From positions 1 to 30,497 of the IMG/VR virus record IMGVR_UViG_3300030332_001526: a stretch of 30,497 bases of DNA; one strand, written 5' to 3'. The position numbers were made by a program, and so were the translations under genes. Positions 9,457 through 17,074 of this stretch are shown here, piece by piece. How positions within the stretch are numbered: the stretch's first letter is position 1; every line of letters begins with the position of its first letter. Below the pieces are notes generated by a model. That model saw nothing but the letters and a program-made list of their open reading frames with translations. It ran no database searches and was not told the origin of the DNA. Source of the stretch: a virus. Taxonomy: Duplodnaviria; Caudoviricetes.

Positions 9457-10968
9457 TCAAGCAAGCAACCAACTTTCTTCGTTTTTTGAGATTTTTTCTC
9501 TGTATTGCTCGTTTTTAACATTATCTGATGCCTTGTGATTCGGTTTATACACTTTTTTCATGGCATAGTAAAGCCCGTCTAACAGGTCATCATGCTTACC
9601 TCTTGGATATAATAGTAATTCATCCTTAAGGGCTTGCATATTATCTTTTATGAATACCTTACCTTGCGCAAAGGCTGGTTCCATAGTTTCAAGTCTTGCT
9701 GATTTTGCGTTTCTGGGATTCTCTCTAATCTCTAAACCAGATATGAATATCCCATCATCTTCACATCTTTGACGTAAATAATCACGTAGCATCTCTTGAT
9801 AGCCTACCGTTTCGATTCTCGTCTTATCTGGTTCGTATAGTTTAAATCTATTTATAATAGCTTCGGCCAAGTTCATAGGTGATACCCTTTTTTGGTAATA
9901 AGGCAGCACATACCTATTTGACTTATCATCAACAGCTACAGCTACGACTGTAGAGTAATCAGCTGTTTTGCGTGTAGAGGAAGCTGGGTCTACACCCATA
10001 AATATATTAATAGGTACAGTTTTATCAACTGGCTTACCGTTCAACTCTGTAATGTTCAAGAATCTGTCATCTTGATCATTTGCAGATATAGTTCCTTCGT
10101 AAGTCTTTAAATACTCTTCTCTGAACAGCTGATCTTCATCGCCCACTATCTCACATAGATACTCACGATAGAATACAGATGATCTATTAATGCTCTCCAA
10201 TTCTCTTTTTTTAGTTTTTAACTTCTCAATGGATTGCCACTCTTCCCATAATGCTATGTTATTGGGAATATCTGGTTTAAACATCATGTTCTTCCAGCCA
10301 TCCATTTCCTTTAGGGTTTCCACAATGCAGCGTTGATGCTGCGGTGTCCCTATTATTGCTATCTTGCCACGCAGTGGGTCTAGTGAGGGTACGGCAGATT
10401 GCAATAGCCATCTTAGGTTCTGTTCCATAGCTTCTGCAGTCTTGGTATTGTTCTCATCCTCTGGATCGTCAACAATAATAAGAGTTGGCCTCTGGTTTCC
10501 AACTTTTATACCACGAAGCTGCTGTCCTGTGCCTTTGCATATGACCACAGAGCCGTCTTTTAGCGTCACTTCGCTTTTAGCCCATTGTTTTGCACTGTGT
10601 TGTCCCCAATAACCAAATACGCTTCTAAATTGAGAAGAATAATCAAGAGTATCTTTTATTGTTCCTAATAGTTTAACAGCATGGTCTTGTGTTCTAGAAA
10701 TTAGTACAACAAGCTTTTTCCCTTTATCAAACATTAAGTGATATAGCGGATACACACCTCCAACGATAGAAGACTTTGCGTGTCCTCTAGGTGCGATGAT
10801 ATTTATCTGCTTTACTTCATCGTCCATTAATTCTTTAGCTATTTCATAATGAAACTTTGGACTAGGTGCTGAAAACATATTAGGCATGATAATCTTACCA
10901 AATAGGATCATACTCTCACGCAGTTTAGAATGTGTACTATTAGCCATTGAGTGCGTGATACCATTCAT
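9457..10968 (-). CDS. terL: Terminase large subunit
   Basis: Walker A APRGHAKSS, Walker B LIIVDDPED, coupling motif IGTP, nuclease motifs GVDPA and HDDLLD. Start may be an inner Met. Confidence 0.95.
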   Translation of the reverse strand: MNGITHSMANSTHSKLRESMILFGKIIMPNMFSAPSPKFHYEIAKELMDDEVKQINIIAPRGHAKSSIVGGVYPLYHLMFDKGKKLVVLISRTQDHAVKLLGTIKDTLDYSSQFRSVFGYWGQHSAKQWAKSEVTLKDGSVVICKGTGQQLRGIKVGNQRPTLIIVDDPEDENNTKTAEAMEQNLRWLLQSAVPSLDPLRGKIAIIGTPQHQRCIVETLKEMDGWKNMMFKPDIPNNIALWEEWQSIEKLKTKKRELESINRSSVFYREYLCEIVGDEDQLFREEYLKTYEGTISANDQDDRFLNITELNGKPVDKTVPINIFMGVDPASSTRKTADYSTVVAVAVDDKSNRYVLPYYQKRVSPMNLAEAIINRFKLYEPDKTRIETVGYQEMLRDYLRQRCEDDGIFISGLEIRENPRNAKSARLETMEPAFAQGKVFIKDNMQALKDELLLYPRGKHDDLLDGLYYAMKKVYKPNHKASDNVKNEQYREKISKNEESWLLA

Positions 10969-11251
10969 TTAAGCAACTAAGGCACATGCAGCTTGGATCA
11001 AATCCATGATATGGCCTACCAATTAGCCTAGCAATCTGATTATTCCATACTGACAGGTCTTCTGGTTCATCAGCATCGAGCCGATGCAGTAGTTCTCTGT
11101 CTAATAGGTCTTCTTCATAATATATTGGATTAACGTCTAAATCGTAGTTGTAAGACAACCGATGAGACATGGGGGCTTTCATAAATAAGTCTACAGGACA
11201 GGTATTACGCTTCATTCCCATTAAATTGCATTGGTTCTCTCCATTCTTCAT
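10940..11251 (-). CDS. Hypothetical protein between TerS and TerL
   Basis: Fills the gap in the operon; C-terminal H..DPSCMCLSC cluster; true start probably an internal Met. Confidence 0.5.
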   Translation of the reverse strand: MKNGENQCNLMGMKRNTCPVDLFMKAPMSHRLSYNYDLDVNPIYYEEDLLDRELLHRLDADEPEDLSVWNNQIARLIGRPYHGFDPSCMCLSCLNEWYHALNG

Positions 11252-12002
11252 CCTTTTCAGTGGATTTAGACTCTCGAGTTACCAATAACCGCTTTTCTTC
11301 CTTCTCTATCTGATCTGCGATCTCTGAAGTAACGTCAATTTGCATTGTATCAGTTATCATTCGCTTAGTTGGTTTCATTTCCAGATAATCAGCAAGGTTG
11401 TCTGCACCTTTTAACATATTACCTGCATCTTGTTTATGTCTTGCCACTTCAATAGCATCTAGGATTGTCTGTATAATTGAATCCTTGGTGATACCTTTGT
11501 CGGCAAGAACTGATTTGGTCTTAGTTTCGACCATTTTTTGAACTTTATCCATTTTAAATAACCTCTTTACTGTTGCACTCGGTATCTTCTGATCGGGACG
11601 GTATATATTGCCTAATATATTCCAATCTATTGGTTTTTTAGACAACATCATGGCTACATAGGCGTTCACAGCGTTCTTAGTGCGTGTTTTGCCCATCTCC
11701 TTCTTCTCCCAATTTTCCTGAACCTCTCCATTCTGGTAGGATTTAAAGTATAAGACAGCTTTTTTACCACCCCACTTGTTTCCAAAGGGAAACTTGTAAA
11801 AGCTGCGTGCTGCTCCGTACTTATCTTTATAGGTTTTCTTGTCAATCACACGAAATACGTAATTATCATCAGAAATAGCATAGTTATTAGCATTCGCATC
11901 CTGCCAATAGATATATTCTACATCTTTTTCATCAGCTTCGGCCTTGCTGTAGATGTTGAACAACCTTTTAATATTATTTATTTTTCTATCTAATGTTATC
12001 AT
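11205..12002 (-). CDS. Probable terminase small subunit
   Basis: Upstream of terL; HTH-like ATVKRLFKMDKV then GITKDSIIQTILDAIEVA...LKGADNLADYL, a TerS-like oligomerisation pattern. Confidence 0.6.
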   Translation of the reverse strand: MITLDRKINNIKRLFNIYSKAEADEKDVEYIYWQDANANNYAISDDNYVFRVIDKKTYKDKYGAARSFYKFPFGNKWGGKKAVLYFKSYQNGEVQENWEKKEMGKTRTKNAVNAYVAMMLSKKPIDWNILGNIYRPDQKIPSATVKRLFKMDKVQKMVETKTKSVLADKGITKDSIIQTILDAIEVARHKQDAGNMLKGADNLADYLEMKPTKRMITDTMQIDVTSEIADQIEKEEKRLLVTRESKSTEKDEEWREPMQFNGNEA

Positions 12003-12025
12003 GGCGTAAGCGGTGGATTTATTTT

Positions 12026-12098
12026 AAGTATACATATATGTTACCATTAAATGTATACATACGCAATGCATACTTAATAAAATATTATATGTATACAT
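12026..12098. repeat. Cluster of ATGTATACAT-like palindromes
   Basis: AAGTATACAT 12026, ATGTATACAT 12051 and 12089, ATGCATACTT 12066. Confidence 0.6.
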
Positions 12099-12111
12099 TA
12101 AATAAAGGGTG

Positions 12112-12315
12112 TTAATCCCCACTCTTATGTTCACTAGGGTTGCAAATTTGATCTATTATAGCTTCTACGATCCTTTTTTCAGCTTCATATAACTGCCAAT
12201 CATTTTCAAATGCTACCCTTGCATCATTTAACTCAGTCTCCTTGAGATATGCTACTTCCCATTTACCAGTAGTGGTATTAAATACTTCATAACGTGCCTG
12301 TTTCTCTCTTGCCAT
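12112..12315 (-). CDS. Hypothetical protein, first gene of the leftward operon
   Basis: 67-aa ORF with AGGT before the ATG. Confidence 0.65.
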   Translation of the reverse strand: MAREKQARYEVFNTTTGKWEVAYLKETELNDARVAFENDWQLYEAEKRIVEAIIDQICNPSEHKSGD

Positions 12316-12443
12316 CTACCTAAAGTATACCTTTAATTGCTGATATTAATCAATAGTAATACTAACAGTTATGAGTAGTGTTCCGAAAAATTGCTACTAG
12401 ACTGAGAGTGAGGGAAAGGGATCAATAAGTACCCCCCATTAAA

Positions 12444-12519
12444 CACGGGTGTTGGGTTGCATGGGGTTGAAACTATTCGTTGGGTTCGAATACAACCCCA
12501 TGCCCCCCTTCCACCCGTG
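12444..12519. repeat. Long interrupted inverted repeat in the divergent region
   Basis: CACGGGTG/CACCCGTG, GCATGGGGTTG/CAACCCCATGC and TATTCG/CGAATA nested stems. Confidence 0.85.
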
Positions 12520-12715
12520 ATAGAGGTTGCGTTGTGTGTCCACAACGCTCAGTACCCTAGGGATACCCACCCTACCGCACAGCTGGCATACCCTATGAGG
12601 CGTGAGCGCAGCGTGTGTAACCACGCACTGCCCACACACTCATACCCTATGCACAGGTGCGCAGTATACCAGTACCATGGTACTTATTGTACTAATCCAC
12701 ACTCTACGTTGAAAG

Positions 12716-12730
12716 CTCCCTCATGTATGG
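12716..12730 (+). promoter_or_regulatory. Putative phage promoter motif
   Basis: CTCCCTCATGTATGG, followed by hairpin GATAGC-ACAA-GCTATC and the first rightward gene. Confidence 0.65.
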
Positions 12731-12774
12731 ATAGCACAAGCTATCTATAATACCTAACTCTAGAGGTAGTTACT

Positions 12775-13131
12775 ATGATATGGAATATCATAACAAACAC
12801 GGCTAAAGCCGTAGGTTTTACAACTATAGCAGTCAGCTATGTTGCAGTTGAAGGTACTAAGCGTATCTATCGTGGTTCTAAAGAAGCAGTATCCTTTTGC
12901 AAGGATACATTCTCAGAGATGAAGCTAGTCTTGAAAGCTAACGGCATCGTTAAAGGTTCTAAGGTACATGACGCTCACATGGCTATTGCCATGCAGTGTG
13001 ATACAGCTGAAGAATACGAAGCTATGCTTCACGAAGCTGGTATGCTCGACTACTGTCCTGTCACTAATCCTGATTCAGTGCATAACATGACAGAAGAAGA
13101 GAAGCGTGAGCTAGATACGCTTGATGACTAG
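12775..13131 (+). CDS. Early hypothetical protein
   Basis: 118 aa, SD GAGGT, followed by a hairpin terminator. Confidence 0.8.
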   Translation: MIWNIITNTAKAVGFTTIAVSYVAVEGTKRIYRGSKEAVSFCKDTFSEMKLVLKANGIVKGSKVHDAHMAIAMQCDTAEEYEAMLHEAGMLDYCPVTNPDSVHNMTEEEKRELDTLDD

Positions 13132-13145
13132 TAAATAAAGGAACT

Positions 13146-13175
13146 GGGGGGCTGTAACGCCCCCCTCTCCCTTTT
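13146..13175 (+). terminator. Intrinsic terminator-like hairpin
   Basis: GGGGGGC-TGTAAC-GCCCCCC then TCTCCCTTTT. Confidence 0.65.
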
Positions 13176-13237
13176 GTTTACGGGGATCAAAAGATCGGTA
13201 AAAGAATCCCCTTAACACATTAACTGTGAGGTATCAA

Positions 13238-13519
13238 ATGATAGTAGAACTACTAATAATCACAGCATTAGCACTAGTTATCGGTGGACTAATTGGCTTT
13301 ATGCTTGGCTTCAAATATTCACTATGGGAAATGGAAGATTATGTACTGATACATAAGGATAAATGCACGGAAGTACAGCCATGTGCAACTTGCGAAGCAC
13401 ATGAAGAAGCTGGTTACGCTGAGTACCAGCATGAAATGGATCAATATGCAGAGGATATTGAATTGCAATCAGCCATACATGATTACCATGACGAGCATGG
13501 TAATAAGATAGAGGGATAG
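13238..13519 (+). CDS. Early membrane-anchored protein
   Basis: ATG 13238 follows GAGGT; hydrophobic N-terminal helix, CxxC, acidic tail. Confidence 0.75.
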   Translation: MIVELLIITALALVIGGLIGFMLGFKYSLWEMEDYVLIHKDKCTEVQPCATCEAHEEAGYAEYQHEMDQYAEDIELQSAIHDYHDEHGNKIEG

Positions 13520-13524
13520 AAATT

Positions 13525-13549
13525 AGGGGGCTTAATGCCCCCTTTTTTT
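13525..13549 (+). terminator. Intrinsic terminator
   Basis: AGGGGGC-TTAAT-GCCCCC-T7. Confidence 0.8.
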
Positions 13550-13553
13550 AAAG

Positions 13554-13568
13554 CTCCCTCTTATTCAG
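13554..13568 (+). promoter_or_regulatory. Putative phage promoter motif
   Basis: CTCCCTCTTATTCAG immediately before an SD-less ATG. Confidence 0.65.
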
Positions 13569-13937
13569 ATGGATACTATCCACTTAGGTGAGTTTAGTAA
13601 CCCATACAGTGATGAAGTCGAAGTACTTAGAGCAGTTATTACTAAGTACAGTGATGGAAATCCAGCCGTCCTGTTAGAATGTCTCTGTACATCAGAGGAT
13701 TATCCTGACATGACAGGGGAACACTGGGAATCTTATGCAACACTTTCAGTAAATGTACCTGAATTTGCGCATATTCTCAATGATGGTGAATTCTTCGCTA
13801 AAGTATACAGCGAGAATGAACCGCTTGAGGAATTAACTAACCTTGATCTGTTCACAGATACAGGTAAGTGGATTCCAGTTGGGCCTTATGGATGCACAGC
13901 GGATGTATGGAAGCTGAACCTTCCTTCATTAGCGTAA
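13569..13937 (+). CDS. DUF4313-like protein
   Basis: YSDGNPAV, ESYATLSVN, FAKVYSENE, FTDTGK pattern (family recalled from memory). Confidence 0.65.
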   Translation: MDTIHLGEFSNPYSDEVEVLRAVITKYSDGNPAVLLECLCTSEDYPDMTGEHWESYATLSVNVPEFAHILNDGEFFAKVYSENEPLEELTNLDLFTDTGKWIPVGPYGCTADVWKLNLPSLA

Positions 13938-13996
13938 AGAAGCTAATGTAAACCTGAATAAGCTTCGGTGGTACGTGTAATATCATGGCAACATTA

Positions 13997-14016
13997 GAGG
14001 GGCTGAAACGCCCCTC
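13997..14016 (+). terminator. Hairpin of the same family, no U tract
   Basis: GAGGGGC-TGAAAC-GCCCCTC. Confidence 0.5.
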
Positions 14017-14027
14017 AATTACACAAA

Positions 14028-14042
14028 CTCCCTTATTTGTGG
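14028..14042 (+). promoter_or_regulatory. Putative phage promoter motif
   Basis: CTCCCTTATTTGTGG; its last GG starts the 12-bp stem 14041-14052/14078-14089. Confidence 0.55.
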
Positions 14043-14121
14043 TGGATACCGATGTAAGTCTTCCAATGGAATAGCTTTCGGTGTCCATCTTCTTAATTAA
14101 CCATTAAACTATGAGGTGCTT

Positions 14122-14298
14122 ATGTTGTATTGGGTCTATAATAAACTACCATTTCGTCTTGGTAAATATGTGGCTATGTATGCTTGCAAATACCGTGAAC
14201 CGCTACATTATCACCATGATGGATGTCCATCGTGTAGCATATATGGCAAATTCTTCTATTATCCTCACGATAAAACCAGCCTTGAAGATACACGATAA
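14122..14298 (+). CDS. Small metal-binding protein
   Basis: ATG 14122 after GAGGT; C...EPLHYHHDGCPSC motif; terminator directly after the stop. Confidence 0.65.
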   Translation: MLYWVYNKLPFRLGKYVAMYACKYREPLHYHHDGCPSCSIYGKFFYYPHDKTSLEDTR

Positions 14299-14303
14299 AA
14301 ATC

Positions 14304-14332
14304 AGGGGGTTGAAATGCTCCCTTTTTTTTGA
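14304..14332 (+). terminator. Intrinsic terminator whose 3' arm also matches the promoter motif
   Basis: AGGGGGT-TGAAAT-GCTCCC-T8; CTCCCTTTTTTTTGA at 14318-14332, followed by hairpin GAAGC-ATGGT-GCTTC. Confidence 0.7.
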
Positions 14333-14373
14333 AGCATGGTGCTTCGTAACTTTAATCCTAACTTGAGGTAAAT

Positions 14374-14721
14374 ATGTTAGATATAACTGATTATATGTCT
14401 AATCTTGATTGGACTACTGAAGAAATAAAAGCTTACATCAAAACTATTGATGAAAAGCGCTTACTAAAAATAGCAGATGAGTTTAAAAGACACCCTGTTG
14501 AATTAGCACGTGAGATTGAAAATCTAAGAAGTAATGTAAATCGTCTCGAAGTAGAGGTAAAGGACAAAAAAAGTGCTTTAAAGTATCTTAAAACTGTCTA
14601 TTTAGACATAAGAGATAGACCTTTGGTTCAATTATCTCTCAAAATAGAGAGTTTATGGAAGAATATTCGTTCTTTGCGTTTACGTAACCCTTTCACTCAC
14701 GATGAGCGTCTTCGCTTATAA
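14374..14721 (+). CDS. Early coiled-coil protein
   Basis: SD GAGGT; heptad pattern LAREIENLRSNVNRLEVEV. Confidence 0.8.
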   Translation: MLDITDYMSNLDWTTEEIKAYIKTIDEKRLLKIADEFKRHPVELAREIENLRSNVNRLEVEVKDKKSALKYLKTVYLDIRDRPLVQLSLKIESLWKNIRSLRLRNPFTHDERLRL

Positions 14722-14724
14722 AAT

Positions 14725-14753
14725 AAGGGGGCTTTATGCTCCCTTTTTTTTAA
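14725..14753 (+). terminator. Intrinsic terminator whose 3' arm also matches the promoter motif
   Basis: AAGGGGGC-TTTAT-GCTCCC-T8; CTCCCTTTTTTTTAA at 14739-14753. Confidence 0.75.
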
Positions 14754-14768
14754 AAGAAAGGGCTTATT

Positions 14769-14981
14769 ATGCCATATCAATTACTAACCGAGGTCATGAC
14801 TTCAATCGTTGAGCCTTTTGGGGAAATATTTTATCTCATAGTAGATGACAGGGGTAATGTCTGTCATCGTACCTCAAATGGTTCTGAAGCAAAGGAAGTT
14901 CTTACAGAGTGTAACAATTCTGATAGACCCTTCCATGAAGTGTATAACCATCTCAGAGCCAACGGCTCAATCAGGGGATAG
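14769..14981 (+). CDS. Early hypothetical protein
   Basis: 70 aa, AAGGG upstream, bounded by terminators. Confidence 0.7.
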   Translation: MPYQLLTEVMTSIVEPFGEIFYLIVDDRGNVCHRTSNGSEAKEVLTECNNSDRPFHEVYNHLRANGSIRG

Positions 14982-14987
14982 TACCCT

Positions 14988-15022
14988 AAAGGGGGAATCT
15001 GTACGCAGGTTCTCCCTTTTTT
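14988..15022 (+). terminator. Intrinsic terminator
   Basis: GGGGGAATCTG-TACG-CAGGTTCTCCC-T6. Confidence 0.8.
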
Positions 15023-15132
15023 CTTAGAAAATGAAAAATAAAAGACAAAAAACCTTATATTGTAAGGCAGGCTTTACAAAAAAGCCTATAAATGCTACAA
15101 AAAGCGTGCCATGAGCGTTTTCAAACAAAAAA

Positions 15133-15147
15133 CTCCCTCTTATTTAG
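15133..15147 (+). promoter_or_regulatory. Putative phage promoter motif
   Basis: CTCCCTCTTATTTAG, 3 nt before the ncRNA candidate. Confidence 0.65.
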
Positions 15148-15150
15148 TTT

Positions 15151-15377
15151 TTGGGGGTCAGTGAGTCCGAATTAACAGGTATGGAAATGCCTGTAAGGAC
15201 ATTCATTTTGGTGTGCATAATACCATGCATAAGAGAAAACAATGAGCTAATGCTTGAGTGATCTCGTCCATCAGCATGAATTATTGGTTTAAAAGAAACG
15301 TAAAGTTTCCATTGGTGTACTGATAATGCAGGTTGGGATTAGCGTCCCTTCGCTTACGATTCCTGCCTGATCCTCAA
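15151..15377 (+). ncRNA. Candidate multi-stem non-coding RNA (~227 nt)
   Basis: No ORF in the track; 11-bp closing stem with GU pairs; internal GNRA-capped and other stems; promoter motif at the 5' end. Confidence 0.55.
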
Positions 15378-15392
15378 TATTCTTTATTAACT

Positions 15393-15471
15393 TAGGGTGA
15401 TGTGTTTACGGCAAAACCTCCATCCGTTAATATTGTCGTGTGCGACAGTTAAGCGAGGTTTGATCACCCTA
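15393..15471 (+). ncRNA. Candidate structured RNA / 5' leader element
   Basis: TAGGGTGAT/ATCACCCTA closing stem, AAACCTC/GAGGTTT, TGTCG/CGACA, possible ACGG/CCGT pseudoknot. Confidence 0.45.
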
Positions 15472-15493
15472 TTAAATTGGAAGGATACAAAAA

Positions 15494-15793
15494 ATGTATT
15501 TAGTTGAAATACAACAATTCGGAACATCCAAGGTATTCAAAAAGCCATACTACAAGAATCACCTAACTAAAATTATGAAAAAGGCAAAGAATGATAAAGT
15601 CCGAAGGAACATAATGTTTGAAATGACGGAACCCGTTAAAAATTACAGGTTAAACCTCTTAGGAACATACAGCGAGGATCAAAAAGAGCTTGCTGAAGAT
15701 TGCTATAAGAGTGCAACGAAACTTTCTAAAGGAAATGTTTATTTGCTGAATACAAAGGAAGAAGTAGATAAAATATTACTCCCTCTTCTGTGA
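15494..15793 (+). CDS. Basic hypothetical protein
   Basis: 99 aa, SD AAGGA. Confidence 0.75.
   Translation: MYLVEIQQFGTSKVFKKPYYKNHLTKIMKKAKNDKVRRNIMFEMTEPVKNYRLNLLGTYSEDQKELAEDCYKSATKLSKGNVYLLNTKEEVDKILLPLL
15779..15793 (+). promoter_or_regulatory. Putative phage promoter motif
   Basis: CTCCCTCTTCTGTGA in the last codons of the upstream gene. Confidence 0.55.
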
Positions 15794-15840
15794 TACATGA
15801 CGTATCTAATGTTAACCCATTCAAGGAAAGGAAGTCAATT

Positions 15841-16137
15841 ATGGCTTTTTCAGGTGAATTAAATCAACGGATAGTAAACCGTCCATATTGGTTCTCACGA
15901 TCCACTCAAGATAAACGTGGTAAGTGGAATTTTGAAAACATCAAGGAAAGCGAAGTCACCGAAGGTGATAATGTGTACTTTGATTATAAAGGGTGTGCAA
16001 ACGATGATGATTATAAAGCGGTAGAGCAAGTTTTAGCTCAACATGATCTTCATATGACATATCCAAAGGAAGTTGGCACTAAGAGTAATGTTATGCAGTT
16101 CTTAATATTGCCTATACTTGAGGTCACGCCAGCGTAA
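15841..16137 (+). CDS. Hypothetical protein
   Basis: ATG 15841 preceded by AAGGAAAGGAAG (preferred over GTG 15790). Confidence 0.75.
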   Translation: MAFSGELNQRIVNRPYWFSRSTQDKRGKWNFENIKESEVTEGDNVYFDYKGCANDDDYKAVEQVLAQHDLHMTYPKEVGTKSNVMQFLILPILEVTPA

Positions 16138-16141
16138 CCTT

Positions 16142-16176
16142 AAAGGGGTGGGGATTCTCCCCTCCCCTTTTTTTAG
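16142..16176 (+). terminator. Intrinsic terminator whose 3' arm also matches the promoter motif
   Basis: AAAGGGGTGGGGA-TTC-TCCCCTCCCC-T7; CTCCCCTTTTTTTAG at 16162-16176, then hairpin GGGC-TTC-GCCC. Confidence 0.75.
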
Positions 16177-16200
16177 GGCTTCGCCCAGAAAGGAAATACA

Positions 16201-16455
16201 ATGATACAATGTTTGATAACAGTAACTGGTGCATTAATATGGATTGTTCTATTGCTAATAATTATCGGTGTATGCTTAACGTGGATTCTGGTATTAATAA
16301 AAGAGTTCATTGATTGGAAAAACCGCAGAGTAGATTTTAAATCTTTTAAAGTAGCTATAAATAGATTCTATATATTTCTAGGTACTATGATAGGATTTTT
16401 AATAGGCGCAATCACTACAATGCTGATAATATCAATAGAACATCAACTATACTAA
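16201..16455 (+). CDS. Small membrane protein with two hydrophobic segments
   Basis: SD AAGGA; two long hydrophobic stretches around a basic loop. Confidence 0.7.
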   Translation: MIQCLITVTGALIWIVLLLIIIGVCLTWILVLIKEFIDWKNRRVDFKSFKVAINRFYIFLGTMIGFLIGAITTMLIISIEHQLY

Positions 16456-16466
16456 AAGGTTGGAAA

Positions 16467-16667
16467 ATGGGTAAAAAAGAGGAAATCAAAAGAACGAAAG
16501 ACCGCAGCAGACTTGAGATGGAGGCGGACTATCTAATAGAGGCCGTTAAACAGGTCTTAAACAGGCATAGACGGCTCTTATGGCGTAAAGGCGATATAGA
16601 CCTCATCGCAAAAGAAATATGCTCTGTATGGCTAAATTATATCTTAAAAAGAAAGGAAAGTAAATAA
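16467..16667 (+). CDS. Hypothetical protein
   Basis: 66 aa, coupled to the next gene. Confidence 0.7.
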   Translation: MGKKEEIKRTKDRSRLEMEADYLIEAVKQVLNRHRRLLWRKGDIDLIAKEICSVWLNYILKRKESK

Positions 16668-17074
16668 TGGAAGATGGTAAATATAAAAGACCTTCTTATT
16701 ATGAGAATGAATTTTCATTGCCTGAACCATTTAGATCAAACTGGATCAGTGCATTGAGAAAATCACATTATAATCAAGGTGTAGGATACTTATGCCAAAG
16801 TGATTATCACGGTAATTATTCTTATTGTGCATTAGGTGTAGCCTGTCATGTGCTTGGATATGAAAATGACGAGATTGACGAACAAGTGAGAATACAGGAC
16901 ACATGGTTCTCTACGAACAAAGAAATGCCAAGAAAATTACAAGACAGAGAAGAGTTTGCTGGGATAGTAATGTCAATGAACGATGATGAGTTACGTACTT
17001 TCGAGGAAATAGCTGATTGGCTTGAAACTGCTACGTATCCTTCTCCCTCTTCTGTAGGAGATTCAAATGAATGA
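16667..17074 (+). CDS. Conserved phage hypothetical protein
   Basis: WISALR..Y.QG.G.L...CALGVAC...MND...TFEEIADWLE pattern common in phages. Confidence 0.8.
   Translation: MEDGKYKRPSYYENEFSLPEPFRSNWISALRKSHYNQGVGYLCQSDYHGNYSYCALGVACHVLGYENDEIDEQVRIQDTWFSTNKEMPRKLQDREEFAGIVMSMNDDELRTFEEIADWLETATYPSPSSVGDSNE
17043..17057 (+). promoter_or_regulatory. Putative phage promoter motif
   Basis: CTCCCTCTTCTGTAG, running directly into the AGGAG SD of the next gene. Confidence 0.6.

Noticed and set aside
2578-10612. ORFs 2578, 4597, 7075, 10364 (+) and 6698, 6920 (-)
   Set aside because: Shadow or alternate frames of well-supported structural genes.
12470-12505. tRNA suggested by GGGTTCGAATAC
   Set aside because: The T-stem does not pair and there is no cloverleaf; the sequence is part of a long hairpin.
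12439-12750. ORFs 12439-12639 (-) and 12457-12750 (+)
   Set aside because: No SD, atypical composition, and they overlie the palindrome cluster.
15155-15205. Hammerhead ribozyme suggested by TGAGTCC...GGAC
   Set aside because: Core CUGAUGA and the GAAA after stem II are missing.
15405-15465. Pistol or HDV-like ribozyme
   Set aside because: Only the rough topology fits; P3 and the conserved catalytic nucleotides are absent.
15151-15471. tmRNA suggested by the GGGGG start
   Set aside because: No T-arm or CCA-type 3' end and no evident tag frame.
13146-16176. CRISPR array or integron attC array
   Set aside because: Repeats are degenerate, hundreds of bases apart and terminator-like; no cas gene, integrase or attC core sites.
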